From Staphylococcus phage LY01, in the sequence record OR836606.1: a stretch of 64,000 bases of DNA. The stretch is one strand, 5' to 3'. Both the position numbers and the translations under genes were made by a program. The notes beneath the pieces were generated by a model that was not told where the DNA came from, searched no databases, and was given only the letters and a program-made list of their open reading frames with translations. Each line of letters starts with the position of its first letter. Within the stretch, counting starts at the first letter, position 1. Shown piece by piece: positions 29,301 to 38,286 of the stretch.

Positions 29301-29513
29301 ATAAGCAGATTGACCGTATTTCGTATAGTTTGGTTCACCATATTTAAAAATAAATTCTTCTTCAGTACCTACAAAATCAATAACTCCATCTTTACCTTTT
29401 TCAAAAGTGTCTGCAGCAAATAATGTTACTGGACCTTCAGCTGTTTGATAACTATTTTGATAAGAGTTGATTTGTGTTTGTACAGAAGGATGGAGATACA
29501 TAAAGTCTGCCAT
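26361..29513 (-). CDS. Putative tail sheath protein (1050 aa)
   Basis: N-terminal region resembles sheath proteins (YVLRILPQNATYSHAI, cf. T4 gp18 LRVVRAVDRD); gene order sheath then tube. Confidence 0.6.
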   Translation of the reverse strand: MADFMYLHPSVQTQINSYQNSYQTAEGPVTLFAADTFEKGKDGVIDFVGTEEEFIFKYGEPNYTKYGQSAYNIVNWLRSGGQAYVLRILPQNATYSHAILNVQSRVQKDGKKVLTESNELVKIDDVKIRPTIAFVKKNNRNIEELVNEITLDRGNEQTVDGYNNNFLLLAYPNGRGESYNDLGIRLTLNTSYDTSGRTERVYNLEVLEFDDFGNVNVIDGPFLVTFDPDSISDTGESMFIEEVVNRYSKYINIKFNLENFQNLAKEINPNVHPASIDVISGKSKISIDGTPETFYSEETKQTEDVHIALHRYNNKGLPVTISGKHVLNKPDFNDPVENALISLDNGMREKTFVTDSDRLSYMRDQYKTLRSDNFTEFKSLLNKIIVPSNGLFDDDTGNLPKIIKDNLVSEKLNQEDVSADINDAEAVEEELAGKFKPSEINFGGKPAGAAERLVQDYNTYFEDSNEENLSAVLSGTEEIGSLLLNEFLDNGNKLNAAYELVYKSNSGISSNPKYQADVKELRDVLAQKDQIRIFGIQHKSNILDITNDIAELRIGMKSVTNLEGMAKVLNDTETELRYVIDNLMPAVREGLPEEAINFINTTPDGDDEDSERDLVSPESMLNSLADKQMLVDDITLGLMEDNAVNREEVFVTCNEIANQLVDLINRAVSVASVYKVARAVRIAVNTIYYDISIFRKNIDEMIQTRSNYTERDITLNAHQNIELAVANLNKANSKYFNTNLIDISSPVKFLFGSDGDFSYAEDISYKDRKNAVNRELIKAYKGLVDEEITNTKAYPFDVVLDARYSNEVKFAISELAKNVRKDFVFLADTVTDRYPVSPEDAIRWRKEEFAVSSEYTAIYSQDLTYYDEYTGRDIRFTPTYRLASMIPYQAVNSGLHFPIAGPRRGLVEGHKALSWAPNEPYKEKLYTSKINYIEKDIDKTKFGAQMTSIKSDGPLSNLNNIFTLNQIKRDAETLVSDYQFELNDDETRSIMSTELNAYLTRYVSNRSCETIQAEVSADEYDKSQRIVRIKISVKFNNVIERIFIDINVEK

Positions 29514-29862
29514 ATGTTTTGTAACCTTCCTTTCGAATATTTACATCTATGTGATTAATTTCAATAGATTTTATATTATAATCAAATTTTATAATAGTAT
29601 GTTTAATTTAGAAAACTATATACAGCGATGTGTTTTATGTTTATTTTAAACTTTCTTCCATTATTCTTAAAACTTCATCCTTAAATTCATCAGGTATTTG
29701 GTTCCAATTAATTATCTCATGAAATAATAAGAATGACAAATAAGGAGGATATTTCTTTTTATTAAAGTTAAACTCAATAAATGTTAATACACTTCTAGAT
29801 AATTTAAGTAATACTTTTGATACTTTCCAGAATATTTCCATAATATATTTCACTTCCATTAA

Positions 29863-30609
29863 TTAGTATTTCATAACATCTTCTAAAGGAGATCGTTTCT
29901 CTTTACCACCCTTAGCAGTTCTACCTATAGATGTTACAATTGTATCATCCATGCCTTCAAATGTAAATGAAGCAAATGTGGAGTTAAGGTTAGGTAATTT
30001 CTTAAGGTTATAGTTAATATAATCTAAAGGTCCAACATTCTGATTTTTATTTAAAGCTATTCTGTAAGGTGTTTCTACATTTTCTTTATATCTACATAAT
30101 TCAGCAATAATCAATTCATAAGTTAATGAATTAGATTTAAGGTTTACTTTATTACTATCTAATACATCATAATGGAGTTTAATAATATCATTATAATCTA
30201 TGAAGGTAGGTAGTTTCCCTGCATGGAATAAGAATAAGAAATTTTTAACCGTTTCAGCAGATTGTTCAATGTTAACATTAGCTACAAATTGACAACCTGT
30301 TCTTAATCTAAAAACTTCATACTGTATTGAATCCATATTGTCTGATAATTTTCCATCAAACTTAAAATTCTCTACATAATTAAAATCAATAGGATTAGGA
30401 TATTTCATCTTTCTTAGTACACCTTGTTTACCTTCTTCAGCCTGTTTTTCAGTTTTAATTTCAAATTGGAACATTCCATAAGTATTAATATATTCACCAC
30501 GGTGTTCAGATAAACCTTTTTTAAATTGCTCCCTTGGAATATAAATGTCTAATATTTCACCAGTGAATATAATAGAATTTCCATCTCTTTTAAGTTCTTT
30601 AAGTTTCAA
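29863..30609 (-). CDS. Hypothetical protein (248 aa)
   Basis: ORF. Confidence 0.5.
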   Translation of the reverse strand: MKLKELKRDGNSIIFTGEILDIYIPREQFKKGLSEHRGEYINTYGMFQFEIKTEKQAEEGKQGVLRKMKYPNPIDFNYVENFKFDGKLSDNMDSIQYEVFRLRTGCQFVANVNIEQSAETVKNFLFLFHAGKLPTFIDYNDIIKLHYDVLDSNKVNLKSNSLTYELIIAELCRYKENVETPYRIALNKNQNVGPLDYINYNLKKLPNLNSTFASFTFEGMDDTIVTSIGRTAKGGKEKRSPLEDVMKY

Positions 30610-30681
30610 TCCATTTTATCTCCTTTCTCATTAATTGAATTAATATATCTTTGTTACAGATCAAAATTTAGCGTAAAAAAT

Positions 30682-30713
30682 CCCCTAACAATCAATTAAG
30701 AATGTTAGGGGAA
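30682..30713 (-). terminator. Hairpin terminator downstream of nrdF
   Basis: Stem cccctaaca/tgttagggg. Confidence 0.5.
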
Positions 30714-30723
30714 TACATGTAAA

Positions 30724-31794
30724 TTAATCTATATAATAACTATGACTAAATCTATCATCCGCTTTATTTTTATATGAATCGATTATATTCTTATTAAGTT
30801 CATTAATATCAATTGAATCATAATCTTCTTCTTTAGTATTTTCAGCTTTACCTAATAAATAACCATTTCCTTCTTGAGAGAAGAAATCGTGATTTCCAGT
30901 TGATGTCTTTAATCCTGCCATTACAATAGGATTTACATCTTCGTCAGTAGTTTCGAAAATAGGATCTAATTTAAGGTTTAATAATGCTTTATTGGCATTG
31001 TATTGAGCAAACAATTTAACATCTTCAGCCCAACCAATTTCAGTATAAACTTCTTCAATGAATTCACATTCAACTTGATAAAGTTCAAATAGTAAGTTAG
31101 TTACCCACATTTTAGTTTCATTTTTTTCTTCTTCACTTAATTTTTCAAATCTCTTACTGAATTTATATCCAATATATGAACCATGAACAGACTCATCTCT
31201 TAAAATTAATTTTATAATTTCAAGAACTGATTTAAGACTATCTTTCAATCTTAAAGGAGTATAGAAACCTGAATAGAATAAGAATGATTCTAAAAATACT
31301 GAAGCTGCTTGAACTTTAAGAATGTCTCCAGATTGATAAGCTTCATTTATTAATTTAATTTTCTTTTGTACATATTTATTATTTTCTGCCCATTCAAAGT
31401 TTTCATCTACTTCTTTTGAAGTACATAATGTAGTAAAAATAGTACTATAACTACGAGCATGAATTGATTCCATAAAACCAATATTTCTTAATACGTCTTC
31501 TTCTAATGTAGTTAATGCGCTATGCATTAAAGCATCAGAACCTTCACGAGACTGAAGTGTATCTAAAATAGTTAATTCAGCAAATACTTTATTAACTACC
31601 CCTTTAGTAACATCATCAGTGTTAGACCAAGCTTTAATATCATTTGAGACTGGAATACGTGTTGATGTCCAAAATTGAGACACTAAAGTATCATATGTCA
31701 TAATATCTACATAATCATCTACTCTATTCCAGTTTACAGGTGTATAATAACCTTTATCTTTTGTATAACTTGTTAAGAAATCTCCTCTATCCAT
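30724..31794 (-). CDS. nrdF: Ribonucleotide reductase class Ib beta subunit (R2F)
   Basis: Di-iron ligand motifs (ESIHARSYSTIF; E..H pairs). Confidence 0.9.
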   Translation of the reverse strand: MDRGDFLTSYTKDKGYYTPVNWNRVDDYVDIMTYDTLVSQFWTSTRIPVSNDIKAWSNTDDVTKGVVNKVFAELTILDTLQSREGSDALMHSALTTLEEDVLRNIGFMESIHARSYSTIFTTLCTSKEVDENFEWAENNKYVQKKIKLINEAYQSGDILKVQAASVFLESFLFYSGFYTPLRLKDSLKSVLEIIKLILRDESVHGSYIGYKFSKRFEKLSEEEKNETKMWVTNLLFELYQVECEFIEEVYTEIGWAEDVKLFAQYNANKALLNLKLDPIFETTDEDVNPIVMAGLKTSTGNHDFFSQEGNGYLLGKAENTKEEDYDSIDINELNKNIIDSYKNKADDRFSHSYYID

Positions 31795-31872
31795 ATTATC
31801 TTAAACTCCTTCTTTTAATTTTAAATATTATGAATTAGGATAGAATAAACATCTATCCTAATATTTCATTAA

Positions 31873-33327
31873 TTATATACTACAGCTTTCACATTCAACA
31901 ATACCTTGAGAACTTTCATCATGATCAGGTGAATAAATACGAGTATAATACATAGATTTAATACCTTTACTATAAGCATAGTTACGTAATCTACTAATAT
32001 CACGAGTAGTAGTTTCTTTATCTAAAGAATCTTTTTTCCATTCATAAAGTTCTGGATCAAGTTCATTCATTAAGTAAATATTCATAGAAATACCTTGATC
32101 TACGTGATATTGAGCTTCTGAATATAAATCAATCATATCTCTCATATCTAATTGGTAAGCATTTTTCTTAAAGTATTCAAAGTTGTCTGGTGTAATACCT
32201 GGCGCTGGATAGAAAGTAGTGCCTGTTTTACCTTCTACACGTTCTTCAATTAACTCAACAATAGGATGAATTGAAGGCGATACTTCTCTAACATAGCCAA
32301 TAGACCCATTAGGAGCTACAGCTAATCTATTCTGATTGTATAAACCATCCATAACAATATTATTTCTTAATTGTTCCCAATCGCTATCAGATGGAATAAA
32401 AATGTCTTTAAATAATTCTTTAACTTTTTCAGTACGTGGTTGAATATTTTTACCAATATAACGTTTATCAAAATAAGAACCATCAGCATATTCAGTTTTC
32501 TCAAATAAATAGAATGATTCATTTTTCTCTTTAGCAATTTTATTTGATTCAACTAATGTCCAATAATTTAATAACATGAAATAAATATTAGTGAAATCTT
32601 TAGATTCTTCAGAACCATATTGAATGTGGTTTTCAGCTAAGAAAGTGTGTAATCCCATAGCACCTAAACCAACTGTATGAAATAAATCATTTCCTTTTTT
32701 AATTGTAGGTACAGCTTCGATATTAGATTTTTCAGATACTGAATTTAAACTTCTTAACATAGTTCCTACTGATTTACCAAAATCTTCCGATTTCATTAAA
32801 CCGGATACAATAGTTGAAGCTAAGTTACATGAAATATCTGTTCCTGTTTTAACATATTGTTGATTATCATCAACTAATGAAGGATATTGTACCTGCAAAA
32901 TTTCTGAACACAAATTACTCATTTTAATTTTACCATGACTGATTGGATTAGCTCTATTAGCTGTATCAATATTAATGATATAAGGATATCCAGATTCTTG
33001 TTGTAATTTACTAATTGTGGTTTCTAAATCACGAGCATACATTTTATCTTTACTAATACGTTTATCATCTACAAAGATATCATAATAAGTATTAAAGTCA
33101 ATACTGTCGAAATCCAAATCGTAATATTTTTTAATGTCATATGGGCTAAATGTATATAATGATTTATTTTCTTTAACTAACTGATAATATTTGTCTGGAA
33201 CGGTTAAACCTAATGAAATAGTTTTTAATCTCACTTTCTCATCAGCATTTTCTTTCTTAGTATCTAAGAATTTCACTACATCTTTATGGAAAATATTTAA
33301 ATAGAGCGCACCTGCACCATTACGTTG
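31873..33327 (-). CDS. nrdE: Ribonucleotide reductase class Ib alpha subunit, exon 2
   Basis: GAGALYLNIFH and NLCSEI active-site motifs, C-terminal CESCSI. Joins exon 1 across a group I intron to give ...VNQLG-QRNGAGALYL. Confidence 0.85.
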   Translation of the reverse strand, partial: QRNGAGALYLNIFHKDVVKFLDTKKENADEKVRLKTISLGLTVPDKYYQLVKENKSLYTFSPYDIKKYYDLDFDSIDFNTYYDIFVDDKRISKDKMYARDLETTISKLQQESGYPYIINIDTANRANPISHGKIKMSNLCSEILQVQYPSLVDDNQQYVKTGTDISCNLASTIVSGLMKSEDFGKSVGTMLRSLNSVSEKSNIEAVPTIKKGNDLFHTVGLGAMGLHTFLAENHIQYGSEESKDFTNIYFMLLNYWTLVESNKIAKEKNESFYLFEKTEYADGSYFDKRYIGKNIQPRTEKVKELFKDIFIPSDSDWEQLRNNIVMDGLYNQNRLAVAPNGSIGYVREVSPSIHPIVELIEERVEGKTGTTFYPAPGITPDNFEYFKKNAYQLDMRDMIDLYSEAQYHVDQGISMNIYLMNELDPELYEWKKDSLDKETTTRDISRLRNYAYSKGIKSMYYTRIYSPDHDESSQGIVECESCSI

Positions 33328-33489
33328 CATTTATATTAACTATATGAATTTCATATAGATTAGACTATATCTTATACTTCTAATAAGTATTATTATATTT
33401 AATCGTTGGACAATCATAAAGATTGATGCTGATTAAGTTTATAAACTTTTCCAGCAATTAATAATATTTATACTGAGCCATTAAAATTA
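33328..33489 (-). ncRNA. Miniature group I intron (~162 nt) in nrdE
   Basis: On the minus strand: P AATTGCTGGAAAAG, Q AATCAGCATC, R GTCCAACGATTAAA, S AAGATATAGTCTA. The IGS GGCTCAG pairs with the exon end CTGGGT. The intron starts UAA and ends G. Confidence 0.8.
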
Positions 33490-34236
33490 ACCCAGTTGAT
33501 TTACATATGATAATGTATCTTCAAATACTTTCATAACCGGAACTACTCCTGAAGCGGCACCTTCTACACCTTTAATTGGATCATTATCTGCACGTAGATT
33601 TGATAAACTGATTCCACAGCCTCCGCCTCTTTTACTTAATTGAGCTACGTTAGTAACAGTTCTATAAATTGAAGCTAGAGAATCTTCCATTGTAACTAAG
33701 AAACAACTTATTAACTCACCAGAACGTTTTCTACCTGAATTGAGAAATGTCGGTGTAGCGGGTTGGAAAGTTCCTGTAATGATTTCTTTAGCGATATTCT
33801 TAGCTAATTCTTCATCTCCATCAGCTAAATATAAAGCTACAAATAAAATTCTATCTTCATATAGTTCTAATAAAATCTCCCCAGCATCATCTTTCATTGC
33901 ATACTGTTCATAGAATTTTTTAGCCCCCAATAAGCGAGTAAATCTATGCTTATAAGCCATTAATTCTTTCATTAATCCTTTAATGAACTCAAAATCATAA
34001 TTATTGATCATATCGCCATCAATATAATCATTATCAACTAGATAATTAATTTTTTCTTTATATGTTTTAAAGTATCTTACATTCTTATTAACTGAATCTA
34101 AGAAATATTTTTTAACTGAAGCTAATTCAAATTCTAAATCTAAATTACCGTCTTTTAATTGTGACCCTCTTGAGTTTAATTCGTTATATGAATAATCTTT
34201 AAATTTTTCTGAAGTTAAATCAATTTCTTTTGGCAT
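33490..34236 (-). CDS. nrdE: Ribonucleotide reductase class Ib alpha subunit, exon 1
   Basis: N-terminal ATP-cone-less NrdE region; the ORF continues into the intron and stops at the intron's first codon, TAA. Confidence 0.85.
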
Positions 34237-34265
34237 TTTATTAAAGTCTCCTTTTATATAGCTTA

Positions 34266-34979
34266 TTAATTTATTTCTTGTATTGCTTTTAAAATTTCTC
34301 TTTTATTATAATTTATCATTTCTTTATCATACTTCATGATAACTTTTTCCAAATTCTTTACAATATCTTCGAAAATTTTTTCTGACTTTGGATATTTTAA
34401 ACCAAATCTTGTTGGTTCATAAACTAATATATGTTCGATACTACTTAAAGTGTTAGAAAAAGAGTACCAAAATGATATTTGATCTGAAGATTTCCTAAAA
34501 GATAAAGTTCTTAAATCTTTTATCTTAGATTTTTTAGATATTTTTGTAGGTTTACCATTTGGTTTAAAATAATATGATACGTCTGAAGAGTTTATTTTCT
34601 TATCCTTCAAAAAACCTCCATTTTTATTAATTTCAGAAATTCCTTCTTTTATATAATTCGGAGAATTTTCTATAAAATTAATCATAAGTTTTTTACCGGA
34701 TTTCTGAAATTGTTCATGGTCCATTGTATTTAATTTATCTTCTTTTAATTCATTCCATTTATCAATAAATAATTTTAATATATTTTCTTCTATATGAGAA
34801 TTGGAGGTTTTTATAGAAAATGAATTATTTTTTATATTTCCATTCTTTTTATAATCTTCATTTACTTTTTGATAATATTTTAATATACCCTTACTGATAT
34901 TATCATTTTCATTTTCTATTTTTTGACTATTGTTTTTAAATGATTTAACTGAGCTGTAATGAATTATATTTTCTTCCAT
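34266..34979 (-). CDS. Hypothetical protein (237 aa)
   Basis: ORF between nrdI and nrdE. Confidence 0.5.
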   Translation of the reverse strand: MEENIIHYSSVKSFKNNSQKIENENDNISKGILKYYQKVNEDYKKNGNIKNNSFSIKTSNSHIEENILKLFIDKWNELKEDKLNTMDHEQFQKSGKKLMINFIENSPNYIKEGISEINKNGGFLKDKKINSSDVSYYFKPNGKPTKISKKSKIKDLRTLSFRKSSDQISFWYSFSNTLSSIEHILVYEPTRFGLKYPKSEKIFEDIVKNLEKVIMKYDKEMINYNKREILKAIQEIN

Positions 34980-35003
34980 ATTTTAAATTCTCCTTACGGT
35001 ATG

Positions 35004-35408
35004 TTAACTTATAATACTAGAGTTACTTAACATTTCTAATTTTTTATTTAATTCTAAATGCTCATTTTTTATTCCATGAAGCTCAATTCCCATTATTAAT
35101 TTTTTATTGAAATCTTTACATAATTTTTTAGGTGTAGTCAAGAATTCATAATTGAGATTTCTATTACCTGAACCAACTATACCTACACAGTTCATTAAAT
35201 TATTACCCTTATTAAAGAATTTTTCTATATGATTATATACTGCATGCGGAGTATTATAAGAACCGCAAATAAGAACATATTCTTCATTAATTTCTATATC
35301 TTCACAATTATTTTTATTAAGTTCAATAGGTTCGCCGATTATTGATTTATCTAATTTATGTGCAAATATTTTACTATTACCTGTTAATGTAAAATAAACT
35401 AATCTCAT
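35004..35408 (-). CDS. nrdI: NrdI flavodoxin-like protein
   Basis: YFTLTGNSKIF and GSGNRNLNYEF motifs. Confidence 0.75.
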   Translation of the reverse strand: MRLVYFTLTGNSKIFAHKLDKSIIGEPIELNKNNCEDIEINEEYVLICGSYNTPHAVYNHIEKFFNKGNNLMNCVGIVGSGNRNLNYEFLTTPKKLCKDFNKKLIMGIELHGIKNEHLELNKKLEMLSNSSIIS

Positions 35409-35489
35409 TTAAATCTCTCCAAAATATAAAATTTTTCGTTAAAAAGAGATCCATCATAGGTTATCCCTATGATAGATCAATTATATTTC

Positions 35490-35690
35490 TTAATATCCTA
35501 CTTGACGATAATCCCATTTCCAATAAGTTCCATCTGATGAGAATGAATAATTCCAACCTTCAATACTAAAGTTATAGTTGTATTCTCCTTCATGAACAGC
35601 TTTTGTATTTAATTCATTATCGTTATTTCTAGCTTTCTCAGCTAATTTTTTAAAATCCACTTCTTCTGGACTGTTAAAAATAGTTTGCAT
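35490..35690 (-). CDS. Small hypothetical protein (66 aa)
   Basis: ORF. Confidence 0.4.
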   Translation of the reverse strand: MQTIFNSPEEVDFKKLAEKARNNDNELNTKAVHEGEYNYNFSIEGWNYSFSSDGTYWKWDYRQVGY

Positions 35691-35716
35691 AACTAAAATC
35701 TCCTTTATTATATTAA

Positions 35717-35956
35717 TTAAGCATTAACTGTAGATAAAATTTGATTTAATTTAGCAGGATCATTACCAACGATTACATCTGTTCCAAAATCAATTACAGG
35801 CAATGATTGATAACCTTTAGATAAAAGTTCTTCTTTAGCACTTTCATCTTCATCAATATTAATTTCAGTATAATCAACACCTTTATTATTTAAAAACATT
35901 TTACTGAAACCACATTTAGCGCAGTTATTCTTAGTATAAAATTTAATTTGTTCCAT
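35717..35956 (-). CDS. nrdH: NrdH-like glutaredoxin (CxxC: NCAKC)
   Basis: 79 aa with a CAKC redox motif, upstream of nrdI-nrdE-nrdF. Confidence 0.7.
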   Translation of the reverse strand: MEQIKFYTKNNCAKCGFSKMFLNNKGVDYTEINIDEDESAKEELLSKGYQSLPVIDFGTDVIVGNDPAKLNQILSTVNA

Positions 35957-35998
35957 CTTTTAATCAAACCTCTTTCTTATAATTTTTAATAATATATT

Positions 35999-36745
35999 TT
36001 AGTATTTCTTAAGAATACCATTTATTACTTTGATAAAGTCTTCGTTCTGATCTAATTTATTGCCGAATTTTCCAATATAGTCAACATTTTCAGAAAGAGA
36101 TTTTATATAGTAAGGATATTTTTCATAATTTTGCGACATGTATGAACCTAATGAACACATAAATTTGTATAATATATTTGATTCTTTAAAACTATCATTA
36201 TCTAAAGCATTTTTTAAATTATCATAAATTCCTTCTAAATCAATGTAGTTATATTCATTATTTTCATTTCCATGTAACTTATTATATCTATAAATTTTCA
36301 TATTTAATTTTTCATTTAATTTTTTAAGTTTATTTTCACTAACAGGCAATTTACTAATATTAATATTCTCTACAAGATGTTTAGCTTCTTTACTATCTTT
36401 AATTTGCTGAATAATATTTTCAATATATTTAGTGTCTTTTATCTTTATATTTTTAAGAGGTTTAAGTCTTTCAGGAATATCATCTTCACTATCAAAACTT
36501 AAATCACCATTGATAAAGTCCAATTTTTCTTGGTATCTATTAACTTTAGCATCTACTGAAATAGTATCATTAAGACTAATACTGTCTTTACCATAATATG
36601 AAGCTATTTCTTTATTAATCTTTTCTTTAGTTTCTTCTAATTCTTTCTCAATTTTTTCATTTTCTTTTTCAAATTCCTCATTAGCCCGTTCTATATCTTG
36701 TTCTAATTTTTCTAAATTCAATTCTTTGTTCTTATCTTCAGTCAT
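35999..36745 (-). CDS. Hypothetical coiled-coil protein (248 aa)
   Basis: ORF. Confidence 0.5.
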   Translation of the reverse strand: MTEDKNKELNLEKLEQDIERANEEFEKENEKIEKELEETKEKINKEIASYYGKDSISLNDTISVDAKVNRYQEKLDFINGDLSFDSEDDIPERLKPLKNIKIKDTKYIENIIQQIKDSKEAKHLVENINISKLPVSENKLKKLNEKLNMKIYRYNKLHGNENNEYNYIDLEGIYDNLKNALDNDSFKESNILYKFMCSLGSYMSQNYEKYPYYIKSLSENVDYIGKFGNKLDQNEDFIKVINGILKKY

Positions 36746-36769
36746 TTTAGTTTTTCTCCTTATATATTA

Positions 36770-37579
36770 TTATTTATACTTATTTATAAAATAATATTGA
36801 ACTTCTCGATGTAATACATTATTTTCTATAAAAGAATCTTTAAATACATTAATTAAATGGTTTTCAAATCTAACATCTGTTACAGACTGTTCTACTAACA
36901 TTCTATCAATTTGATAGTTGTTTAATTCAGATTCTTCATCATAGATAATGGTCTCTATTACATCTTCATTATCAGGAATATGAATACTGTCAATAATCTC
37001 AGGAATGGAATATACTAAAGGAGTATAATCGTTATCAATAACTTTCTTTAAGTTATTATATGAAAGAGAATTAATGACATCATCGTCCATACTGTCTTTA
37101 TAAGTTTTAGCTAATTGCATTATATTCTTTTCAATATAGTTAATAAATAAATTATTTAAAGTTTCTTTTTTATTTAATACAAAGAAATTATACAATGATT
37201 TAATGTATTGAGCTTTATCTTCAATTAAAATATCTTCTGGAAATTCTAAAGAAAACTGGTAAGTAGTTTCAATAGATTCTTGAATTTCATTAAGAATATC
37301 ATGATAAACTTGTTTAGTTTTAATTAAAATATCATTATCTTCTTTATATCTTTCTAAAATAAATTTAAATCTAATTTCAAAGTATTCAAAAAAATCTTTA
37401 TGGTATTGATTAATATAAAATTGTCTTGTATTTGAATTTTCAATTTGTTCCTTAATATTATCAATCATAATATCTTCAGATATATTCATAATGACTTCAT
37501 CATATTCTTCTTTTACCATTTCTAAATCATCTTTATCGTCAATTAAATATGTTTTTGTCAATTTATTTTCACCATCCAT
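36770..37579 (-). CDS. Hypothetical protein (269 aa)
   Basis: ORF. Confidence 0.5.
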   Translation of the reverse strand: MDGENKLTKTYLIDDKDDLEMVKEEYDEVIMNISEDIMIDNIKEQIENSNTRQFYINQYHKDFFEYFEIRFKFILERYKEDNDILIKTKQVYHDILNEIQESIETTYQFSLEFPEDILIEDKAQYIKSLYNFFVLNKKETLNNLFINYIEKNIMQLAKTYKDSMDDDVINSLSYNNLKKVIDNDYTPLVYSIPEIIDSIHIPDNEDVIETIIYDEESELNNYQIDRMLVEQSVTDVRFENHLINVFKDSFIENNVLHREVQYYFINKYK

Positions 37580-37643
37580 TTTTTATATACTATTTTACTA
37601 AAATATCTAATACAATCTAGTTAGATTTGTTTTATAAAAATTT

Positions 37644-37680
37644 GCGATAATAAATAGGTAATGACAAATAATATGTCATT
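37644..37680 (-). terminator. Hairpin terminator downstream of terL
   Basis: Stem aggtaatgaca/tgtcattacct; same motif family as the hairpin at 4514. Confidence 0.5.
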
Positions 37681-37693
37681 ACCTATAATATAT

Positions 37694-38098
37694 TTAATCT
37701 AATAGATTCATTATTCTTTTTGATTTCTGATCTGGAGAAGAATTGTTATTCTGTAATAAAGGATTACTAGGGAGATTACCATCAATAATTCCACTAATAC
37801 GTTTCATGGATGCAATATCTTTTCTTCTAGCTTGTCTTTCTTTTTCAATTTCTTCTGCATTATCTCCATCTGCAGATACCATTGAACCGTATTTAACTTT
37901 AACAAATTTCTTAATGTCTTTCTCATAGTAATAAGCATATAAACAAAATAGATAACTCATAAGTAAATCGTCATGTCCGCCATCAGGGTGATCAATTCTA
38001 CCTTTTTTCATTTGAAGGGATTTTATTTGTTGGAATAATGGTTTATTATTAACTAAATAAGGTTTTTCTTCAACAATCATTGATAAAATTTCATTGAG
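37694..38098 (-). CDS. terL: Terminase large subunit, final exon (nuclease-domain C-terminus, GGHDDLLMS)
   Basis: HPDGGHDDLLMSYLF resembles the terminal catalytic Asp motif of TerL RNase-H-like nucleases. In frame upstream only to 38119, so a 3' splice site lies at ~38099-38119. Confidence 0.6.
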   Translation of the reverse strand, partial: LNEILSMIVEEKPYLVNNKPLFQQIKSLQMKKGRIDHPDGGHDDLLMSYLFCLYAYYYEKDIKKFVKVKYGSMVSADGDNAEEIEKERQARRKDIASMKRISGIIDGNLPSNPLLQNNNSSPDQKSKRIMNLLD

Positions 38099-38099
38099 C

Positions 38100-38286
38100 A
38101 TTAGATCTGCTATATAAATTCATGAGTTTAATTTAATTAAAATGAATTTATTCGACTTCGTCATCACTCTGACTTACTTTGCACTTTAAGTTTTTTCGTT
38201 ATAAACTACTTCAACAGAAAGCTTTAATCAAAGCAGAGGTTAAAGCTCTTAAGTCATCGCATTTGGACATTTAGAGGAATAAGACC
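38100..38286 (-). ncRNA. Predicted TnpB omega-RNA scaffold / IS right end, with the guide abutting terL exon 5
   Basis: Immediately 3' of the tnpB stop; stem-loop AGCTTTAA-n12-TTAAAGCT plus further structured sequence; an omega-RNA is expected for IS605 TnpB loci. Confidence 0.4.

Noticed and set aside
33328-33489. Intein or frameshift in nrdE
   Set aside because: The gap is non-coding with stops in all frames and carries canonical group I elements. Protein length is restored by RNA splicing without extra residues.
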